This document shows, in pieces, positions 48,758 through 55,727 of a stretch of DNA of 55,727 nucleotides; position 1 is the stretch's first letter, and every line of letters begins with the position of its first letter. This DNA is from Promethearchaeota archaeon. Lineage in GTDB: Archaea > Asgardarchaeota > Lokiarchaeia > Sigyniarchaeales > SOKP01. The notes under the pieces were generated by a model. The model was given only the letters and a program-made list of their open reading frames with translations. It was not told the DNA's origin and did not search any database. The DNA lies in NCBI GenBank assembly GCA_019058015.1, contig JAHLWH010000212.1, positions 1-55,727 on the forward strand. The letters run 5' to 3'. The position numbers and the translations under genes are program-made.

Positions 48758-50008
48758 TTAGTTCTCTTTTTTAAATAACACAATTCGATTTGTATTGGTC
48801 CCTGATTCTTTATTTTTTATGCCCCAGATATTAGATGTTTTAGTAAAATCTTGTTCATTGATTACAATTCCTTTACAGATAAATCCTGCATTTAATCCTT
48901 CAGGAACAATATGATCTTCTAATTTTATTTTTCCTTTCTGTACTTCTCCCACTTCAAAAATTACCCATCCTTTTATTTTGGTGATTCTATATAATTCTTT
49001 AAAAACGCTACCCATCATCTTTGACCATTTATTTACATCAGATTCCATTGTAATTTTTTTAGATATTTCTTCCGCATCTATTGAATTGAACCAACATCTT
49101 AACCAATTATCCTTTGAATATTGCACTACTTTTAGAAAAGGGGGAGATGTAACCGTTAATTGAACCAAATTCTTTTTAATTTCTGGTGTATTTCTTGCAT
49201 CTTTCGTTAAAAATATTGAAGTTTTAGAAATTTCTTTTAAATTTTCTTTTTGTTGCGTAGTTAGGTTTCGTAGTAAAGAAATTGATTTTTTTATAATTCT
49301 TTCTTTCACATTTCTGTACTCTGGTTTTTGACGACGCTTCTTATTTATTTTAATTTGTCTTTCTTGGGAAACCGCTTGATTTGGAGGTAATGTATATACA
49401 GAAAAAAATCCTTTAGAATGTCCAGTTAATCTATTAGAAGCAACCATCTGGATCCATCTATCAATATCATCTTCTAAGTTATCCTTTTTTCTTTCATAAA
49501 GATAATTTTTCAAAGAAAGTATTTCCATCTTTGTTTTTTCGTGATAAAACATGGATAAATCAATTTCATTTTCGAATTCCAAATTTAACGCAATATTGTC
49601 TAATCTATCTTTGATATTATCAATAGAGGGAATATTTAATCTCGGTCGTGCTAAAATTTCACTTAAAGGATTAATATCATTGGAAATTGTATTTCTCTTT
49701 AGTAAACCCGCTTCAATTATGGTTGTACCCCGCCCACTAAAGGGATCATAAATAATATGATTTGGTTTCGTTAATAGTTTTATAAAAAATCTTGGAAGTT
49801 GTGCTTTAAAACAAGCTCTATATGAAATTTCATGAATAGATGATGCTTGTCTCTGTTTTGAAGTCCAAAATTCATTAATATACTTTTTTATGGATTTATT
49901 TTTTATTTTGAAATCATCAACTTGAGTTTTCTGGGAATCATCAAGAAAACTATCTAAATTTTTTTTAAGAGAAAAATTTATCAAATAATTAGAAATATCG
50001 AATTCCAT
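48758..50008 (-). CDS. Amino DNA methyltransferase (N4-cytosine-type motif)
   Basis: Motif I YDPFSGRGTT near the N-terminus; motif IV VTSPPF after a variable region. Confidence 0.85.
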   Translation of the reverse strand: MEFDISNYLINFSLKKNLDSFLDDSQKTQVDDFKIKNKSIKKYINEFWTSKQRQASSIHEISYRACFKAQLPRFFIKLLTKPNHIIYDPFSGRGTTIIEAGLLKRNTISNDINPLSEILARPRLNIPSIDNIKDRLDNIALNLEFENEIDLSMFYHEKTKMEILSLKNYLYERKKDNLEDDIDRWIQMVASNRLTGHSKGFFSVYTLPPNQAVSQERQIKINKKRRQKPEYRNVKERIIKKSISLLRNLTTQQKENLKEISKTSIFLTKDARNTPEIKKNLVQLTVTSPPFLKVVQYSKDNWLRCWFNSIDAEEISKKITMESDVNKWSKMMGSVFKELYRITKIKGWVIFEVGEVQKGKIKLEDHIVPEGLNAGFICKGIVINEQDFTKTSNIWGIKNKESGTNTNRIVLFKKEN

Positions 50009-50094
50009 GTTTCAAATCTATTTATATTATTCTTTTTCTAAATATTTGAATTTATTTTCATAAACTCCTTATTAGGTTAATAAGTTCATTTAAT

Positions 50095-51993
50095 TCATTT
50101 TGGTATAATTTTTACCTTGAAAGACTCTATTTTTCCTTTTTTTATTTTTATTTCTCTATATGCTCCACCTGCAGTAGGATGCTCGTAGGAACCTAACCCC
50201 AAAGCAGGCGTTTGAAATAAAAAAGGTTTCTTATCCCAAATATCTTTTTGATTTTTTAATAACTCTGAATAATCATCGAAAAATACTGCTGCAGGATTTT
50301 CAATTTTTATCAAATTGAATGGAACAGATTTGAATACTTTGCTTTTTTTAATCGGATTTTTTAATCTAAACTCTCTTAAGGTGTGCGTATGCCCACATAA
50401 CGCTAATAAACAGAAATCTTTACAAAAATTTATCATTTCTTGCCAGTTATTAGTAATAGTTCCATACTTGAGATTTATTTTATCATCAATATTTCTTTTA
50501 TCCTCTGGGATTCCCTTTTTAGCCAAATTTGATTCTTTTAATTCCTCAAAATTAAGAAAAGTATCTGCATTTATCTTTTTTTTCAGTTTTTGAATAAATT
50601 TTATCTTTTTTATGGGATTAATTATTGGTCCATGTGTAAAAAGAAATATATTTTCATTTCCTTTAAATTTATAATTTAAGAAATTCTCTAAAAGCTTTAT
50701 TTGGGCATCTGTCATACCAGTTGATGATGGAAATCCCGTAATAAAATCTCGAAAATCTTTGCCAGAATCATACCCTGAGTTCATAAAAATAAAGTGGTTA
50801 TTGCCTAAAGTTATGATATAATCTAAAGCCGGATTAATTTCTTGCCAATAATTAATCAAGCATTTTCTTAAGGGTGTTAGTGCTCGTATTGGATCTGCAA
50901 CCCATTCATCGTATAACATTATTGCTTCTGATAATACTAACCCTAATTTTCTATACATAAACCCCCATCTTAAATCATAATGTCCTAAGCGGAAATCATG
51001 ATTTCCAGGAATAGTGAAGATAGGACATAGTAATTCTTCACCGGTTATCATTCCAAGTTTATTATAATCTATTTTGTTTAAAATTATATCTCGGAATATC
51101 TTCCAGTTTGTGTTTGGAAAGTTGAAATTCATCATATCTTCTAATTTTTCAATTGCACTAATTAAACAGAAGTCTATAATATCTCCTGTAAAAACTAAAA
51201 AGTCAATTTGGTTTTTTTGAACTTTTTTATTTATGATTTTTATAAGTTTTCTAAGTTGATTATTTGGATTTATTAATCTATTTTCTATCGGTGTAATCTC
51301 TTTTTTCTTTAATCCATTAATTAAATCTCTAATTTTAGTCGAAACTCTTTTTGATATATCTGTTTTTAATTTTTCTAAAATTAGGTCATTTCTTTTGGCA
51401 AGATGAATATCTGTCGCTTGAACAAACGTAAAATTTTTCCAATCTTGTTTAATTAACACAAGTGAATGATAATTTATTCGGTTTAATTTATCTGAGATTT
51501 TATGAACGATATCGAACATTATAAAATTTTGATGTTTTAAGATAGTATTTACCTCAGAATTTTCAGCAAATGATACAGATACTTTAAAAAATTTATTCAA
51601 ATTTCCAAATGTCTTAAATTTAATAAGATAATCCTGAGGATTCAAATAATATTGATCTTCAAGAAAAGCTACCCGATTTATTGGTAGGATATCGGTGTTT
51701 TCGATTTTATCAATTTTTAAATCTATTGGAATACCTCGAATAGCAATATTTTTTAGGGAATTATCTTTAGATTCTTTCTCAATTTTCAATCTTTTAAGAG
51801 GGATGATTTGTATTGCTTCTTCTAGAGATATTTTTAAGATAGCACTAGATTCAATTTTGCTTGATATTACTAGTAAATTGAAAGAATATTCAATATATTT
51901 TTTTTTATTACCATATTTTAAAAAACAAGGAATCCCTAGATTCGGACTAACAATTATTGGGAAATCTAAATCAATATTTCTAAAATCAATCAA
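50095..51993 (-). CDS. Calcineurin-like metallophosphoesterase with N-terminal extension
   Basis: TDIH, TGDIID, PGNHD, THGP, CGHTH. Confidence 0.85.
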   Translation of the reverse strand: MIDFRNIDLDFPIIVSPNLGIPCFLKYGNKKKYIEYSFNLLVISSKIESSAILKISLEEAIQIIPLKRLKIEKESKDNSLKNIAIRGIPIDLKIDKIENTDILPINRVAFLEDQYYLNPQDYLIKFKTFGNLNKFFKVSVSFAENSEVNTILKHQNFIMFDIVHKISDKLNRINYHSLVLIKQDWKNFTFVQATDIHLAKRNDLILEKLKTDISKRVSTKIRDLINGLKKKEITPIENRLINPNNQLRKLIKIINKKVQKNQIDFLVFTGDIIDFCLISAIEKLEDMMNFNFPNTNWKIFRDIILNKIDYNKLGMITGEELLCPIFTIPGNHDFRLGHYDLRWGFMYRKLGLVLSEAIMLYDEWVADPIRALTPLRKCLINYWQEINPALDYIITLGNNHFIFMNSGYDSGKDFRDFITGFPSSTGMTDAQIKLLENFLNYKFKGNENIFLFTHGPIINPIKKIKFIQKLKKKINADTFLNFEELKESNLAKKGIPEDKRNIDDKINLKYGTITNNWQEMINFCKDFCLLALCGHTHTLREFRLKNPIKKSKVFKSVPFNLIKIENPAAVFFDDYSELLKNQKDIWDKKPFLFQTPALGLGSYEHPTAGGAYREIKIKKGKIESFKVKIIPK

Positions 51994-52174
51994 ATTTTTA
52001 GATTAAACGAAATTTTTGGAAATTTATCTTTTATAAATTAATTTAATAATATAAAATATTTTACTCTTTAATGAAATTTGGTGAATATCTTATGGAAAGT
52101 AGTCAATTTTTTTATATTTGAATTTTTTTTTGAGGATATAACGATATTTTCCATTAAAAAGTAAAAACCTATAT

Positions 52175-52608
52175 TTAAACTTTAATTTCTCGAATCTTAC
52201 TGGCAATTTCTTTTACTTCTTGAAAATCTTTTACTAATATCGCCTTAATTAAATCTATTTTTAATTTTTTGACCTTTTGTAAGACTAAAGTATATTTAAA
52301 ATTAATATCTGCAGATATATCATCTATATGATGATAAAGTACTTTAGCTTGATCTTCTCATGAACAATAAGGATTATTATTTCATACCCTAATTTTGCAA
52401 CTTTAGACATATCACAGTAGCTAAGTATAATTTGATTCTCCAGATTAATTTCCATTAACTCTTCATTTTGATTTTCCTGCCTATAAGCATGAGTCATATA
52501 TATTTTGTTAATTAAATTTTGTGATAAATCAAGATTTTCAGGATGTTTAATCTCTAAAACCGCACCCACCTTCTTATCCCAACTAAATAATGCAATGCCT
52601 ATAACCAT
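52175..52608 (-). pseudogene. Longin/uDENN-like N-terminal domain gene, frameshifted or internally deleted near 52357
   Basis: Begins MVIGIALFSWDKKVGAVLEIKHP...IYMTH. After VHE a second frame (52357-52175) continues 60 aa (EDQAKVLYHH...IREIKV*). Confidence 0.55.
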
Positions 52609-52755
52609 TAATTAAACCAAATTTTTAAGTTAATTTTGTCAATAAATTGAATAAATACTTTATTTCTTAGTTATTTAATTTGATTATTACTAAATAGATT
52701 ATGGAATTATGTAAAAGAAACGCTTTCTGTAACTAAGAAAAGAGAATTTTAAAAT

Positions 52756-53631
52756 TTATAGATATGTATATAAAATTTCAAAATCACTAAAATCAAATGG
52801 TTTCAAAATATATCCATCTGCACCAGCATGTTTAATTTTTTTCTCAACTTCTGAACTTGGAATTGCCGTTAAGAAAAAAACTGGAATGTCTTTAAGATTC
52901 TCGTCAGATTTTATTATTTCACAAACATCATATCCATTTATATCTGGCAATATTATATCTAATAATATTAATTTTGGAGGATTTACTTTTAATTCTTCTA
53001 TTCCCTTAGAACCACTAATTACCCCTCTACTAGAATAACCTTTACTTTCAAAAAAGGTGGTTAATAATTTTATAGTCGATGGGTCATCTTCAATTAATAA
53101 AAGGTCATATTGTGTCTTTCCATTTTCTCCTTTTTCCAAGACTTCCTTTATTTTATTTTCAAGAAATATACTTTTATTAAAAATCTCCTTAATTTTTGAT
53201 AATACATCTTCTTTTATATCATCCTTATAATTTTCAAGCAGTAACTGTGAAAATCCTTTTATGGTAGTTAAAGCCTCTTTTAAATCATGAGAAATATCAG
53301 TAATTGATTTTAAAGGTCCTGATTTTTTAAGTTTTTCATCAACACCTCCTCTTAATTTCTCATTAATAAAAAAATCCACCGCATCTCTTATCAATTTTGA
53401 AATTGAAGAATATTTGCTACTTTCAATAAAATTTTGCCATTTTTCTTTAGTTTCTTCCGATATATAGAGTGATATTCTCTCCTTATCTCTATCATAAATC
53501 TTTTCTCCTCTTTTCCACTTTTTAAATCCTTCAGTTATGATACCACGCCAAACAGCATATTTTCCTGTCTCTTTTTCATATTGTTCCATTTCACTATTTT
53601 TTTTTTCATTATTCAAAATTGAAATCACCAA
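52756..53631 (-). CDS. RHH-HisKA-receiver regulator (copy 1; likely start TTG 53616)
   Basis: YEKETGKYAVWRG motif; RHH-like RISLYIS...SISKLIRDAV; H-box SHDLKEALTTIKGF; receiver IEDD, LLDIILPDING, KPF. Confidence 0.85.
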   Translation of the reverse strand: MVISILNNEKKNSEMEQYEKETGKYAVWRGIITEGFKKWKRGEKIYDRDKERISLYISEETKEKWQNFIESSKYSSISKLIRDAVDFFINEKLRGGVDEKLKKSGPLKSITDISHDLKEALTTIKGFSQLLLENYKDDIKEDVLSKIKEIFNKSIFLENKIKEVLEKGENGKTQYDLLLIEDDPSTIKLLTTFFESKGYSSRGVISGSKGIEELKVNPPKLILLDIILPDINGYDVCEIIKSDENLKDIPVFFLTAIPSSEVEKKIKHAGADGYILKPFDFSDFEILYTYL

Positions 53632-53751
53632 TAAAAAAGGAAAGATTCACTAAACTTATTACGTTTCTAGATTATTATTATCACGAAGTATAATATAAGT
53701 TTTTTCAATTATTAGCACAAAATTTAATTTTATTTTTCCAATTTTAATTTT

Positions 53752-54081
53752 ATGATGCTTATATTAATAAACGCAATTAATTACACTCCTCCTGGAGGAG
53801 AAATTAAAATCTTTTCTGAAGTAAAATCTAACTTTTTTATAATCTCAATAGAAGATAATGGAATTGGGTTCTCCGCTGAGGAAAAGAATCGATTATTTAA
53901 ACAATTTGGAAAAATTGAAAGATATGGTCAAGGTTGGGATGTTTGAATTGAGGGTACAGGGCTTGGTCTATATATTGCGAAAAAGATTATTGAATTACAC
54001 GGGGGAAATATCTGGATGGAATCAGAAGGAAGAAATAGAGGAAGTAAATTTTATTTTTCTCTTCCCATTTTAAAAGATTAA
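53752..54081 (+). pseudogene. Isolated HATPase_c domain of a histidine kinase, 5'-truncated, with in-frame TGA at 53944-53946
   Basis: [71 protein letters not shown]. Confidence 0.85.
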
Positions 54082-54084
54082 AAA

Positions 54085-54945
54085 TTAATGTAAGTATTCC
54101 AATATTATATTAAAATCCGAAAAATCAAAAGGTTTTGAGATATAACCATCTGCTTTTGCTTTTTTAATAAGGGGCTCAACTTTTAAACTTGATACAGCAG
54201 TTAATAGAAAGATGGGGATATTTTGATATTCTTCATTAGATTTTATTATTTTGCAAACTTCAAATCCATTAATATCAGGTAAAATAATATCCAATAAAAT
54301 TATTTTAGGAATATTTCTCTTTAATTCATCCAATCCTTTAGAACCACTAATGACACCTTTACAACTATAACCCTTCCTTTCAAAAAATGATGTTAATAAC
54401 TTTATTGTTGATATATCATCTTCAATTAGTAAAATGTCATATTGTGATTTACCAATAAAAGAGTATCCTAACGATTCATTAATCTTGTTTTCAAGGAAGA
54501 TGCTTTTATTAAAAATTTCTTTTATTTTTAAAATGATTTCCTCATTGAGTTCTTCCTTATAATTTTCAATTAATAATTGAGAGAATCCTTTTATTGAAGT
54601 TAATGCTTCCTTTAAAACATAAGAGATATCTGAAAGATATCTAAGTTGTTCATCTTTAGTATAATTCTCTTGGGCTATTACTTTTATTTTTTTTTCAATG
54701 AAATTATTTACTGCATCCCTTATTAGTTTAGAAATTGAAGTATATTTTGAATTTCTTACAAAATTCTGCCATTCTTCTTTAGTTTCTTTAGATATATAAA
54801 GAGCTATTCTCTCCTTAAACCTATCATAAATTTTTTCTCCTCGTTGCCATTTTTTAAATCCTTCAGTTATTACTCCACGCCAAATTGCGTATTTGCCGGT
54901 CATTTTTTCATATTTTTCCATTTCTTCAGTTTTTTTCTCATTCAT
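54085..54945 (-). CDS. RHH-HisKA-receiver regulator (copy 2; H-box His replaced by Tyr)
   Basis: Paralogue of 52756..53631; SYVLKEALTSIKGF; receiver residues intact. Confidence 0.85.
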   Translation of the reverse strand: MNEKKTEEMEKYEKMTGKYAIWRGVITEGFKKWQRGEKIYDRFKERIALYISKETKEEWQNFVRNSKYTSISKLIRDAVNNFIEKKIKVIAQENYTKDEQLRYLSDISYVLKEALTSIKGFSQLLIENYKEELNEEIILKIKEIFNKSIFLENKINESLGYSFIGKSQYDILLIEDDISTIKLLTSFFERKGYSCKGVISGSKGLDELKRNIPKIILLDIILPDINGFEVCKIIKSNEEYQNIPIFLLTAVSSLKVEPLIKKAKADGYISKPFDFSDFNIILEYLH

Positions 54946-55374
54946 TCTTTCTCAAAAATTTTAAGTATGAGGATTTCAATATTGTATCAGAATCAAAGAA
55001 ATCAATTTAATAATTGAAATCATTTTTTTACAAGAAACCAAATTCCATACTGCCCTACTAATTCAATGCATTAATAAACACGCATTATTCAATTTTATTT
55101 TGTCTTTTTATATATAGGGTTTTACACACAAAAAACTGCATATTTGTAATTATTATATAATTCTTTTAATTTTTAAATATTTGTTATAATAGAGTAAAAA
55201 TTTAAAATGAAGAATTTAATAAACACATTACTACAACAAATATTTAATTACATTGTTTATTACTAATATTTTGTATCAATTTATTATCAAAGAGTGTTGT
55301 TATAGTAATATGCAAACATTTGATGATGAAAAGATGCGTATTTCATCATTACAATAATATAGAGTTAAGGTTTT

Positions 55375-55727
55375 ATGGAAAAACGAGTATATCTTGTGGA
55401 AGATATTGAAAAAAACATGAAATTATTTAAAGCAGTCCTAAATACAATGCCTGATATTGAAGTTATAGCAGAAACCCATGGTGGTCGAGCTTTTGAATTT
55501 TTAAAGGCAGATTGTCCAGATCTAATAATCTTAGACATTCAACTACCAGAAATGAGTGGAATCGATATTTGTAAAGAACTCCGTAAAATGGATAAATTTA
55601 AAGAGATTCCAATTATTGCCGCCTCTTCTTCTCCAGTTGAAGGTAATAGGGAATCCATATTTGCTAGGGCTGGTTTTAATAAATCGCTCTCAAAACCATT
55701 AAACCTCAAGGAATTCAAAGAAGTTAT
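55375..55727 (+). CDS. Response regulator receiver domain (DivK/CheY-like), runs off the window end
   Basis: Manual translation: MEKRVYLVEDIEKN...PDLIILDIQLPEMSG...IPIIAAS...LSKP. Confidence 0.9.
   Translation, partial: MEKRVYLVEDIEKNMKLFKAVLNTMPDIEVIAETHGGRAFEFLKADCPDLIILDIQLPEMSGIDICKELRKMDKFKEIPIIAASSSPVEGNRESIFARAGFNKSLSKPLNLKEFKEV

Noticed and set aside
53944-53946. TGA recoding (Sec or Gly) suggested by the in-frame TGA
   Set aside because: The position is not a Cys site, no SECIS-like element was recognised, and TGA is a normal stop in other genes here (14738, 26666, 45704, 50095).
53858-54073. 71-aa ORF overlapping the HATPase fragment
   Set aside because: It is an off-frame shadow; the kinase motifs continue in the 53752 frame past the TGA.
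1-55727. CRISPR array, tRNA/rRNA, transposase, integrase or prophage
   Set aside because: No regularly spaced repeats, cloverleaf-like GC-rich segments or mobile-element proteins were recognised by eye. A covariance-model scan could still find small RNAs.

Overview
Strongly AT-rich, gene-dense prokaryotic chromosome segment, most likely from an Asgard archaeon (Lokiarchaeia-like). This is inferred from three Rab-like small GTPases, longin-like proteins, archaeal-type split PFOR subunits, MvhD/FrhB-like proteins and a TrmB-like regulator. In order, the window holds: (1) a glutamate/glutamine cluster (gdh, pyrG, glnA, guaA, carA-carB; the CPS has eukaryote-clade signatures and carA/carB are in frame, separated by one TAA); (2) a tail-to-tail pair of PIG-L deacetylases, one at the end of a Rab GTPase-TrmB gene run; (3) a 2-oxoacid:ferredoxin oxidoreductase operon whose beta subunit is circularly permuted through the TPP-binding motif, divergent from a cysteine-depleted MvhD homologue, an HTH-FrhB protein and an AcdA-like CoA-ligase subunit; (4) two orphan DNA methyltransferases, a Cwh43/PGAP2IP-like membrane + EEP pair and a reductive dehalogenase-family gene; (5) a sugar-catabolism cluster (GH-like, class II aldolase, RhaB-like kinase, Zn dehydrogenase, epimerase, LsrF) interrupted by a HEPN/MNT pair; (6) several broken signalling genes; (7) tandem regulators with an unusual small domain-RHH-HisKA-receiver layout and no ATPase domain. 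No rRNA, tRNA, CRISPR array or transposase was recognised. The strongest candidate novelties are the permuted PorB and the RHH-HisKA-REC regulators. All family calls come from motif recognition by eye; no searches were run.
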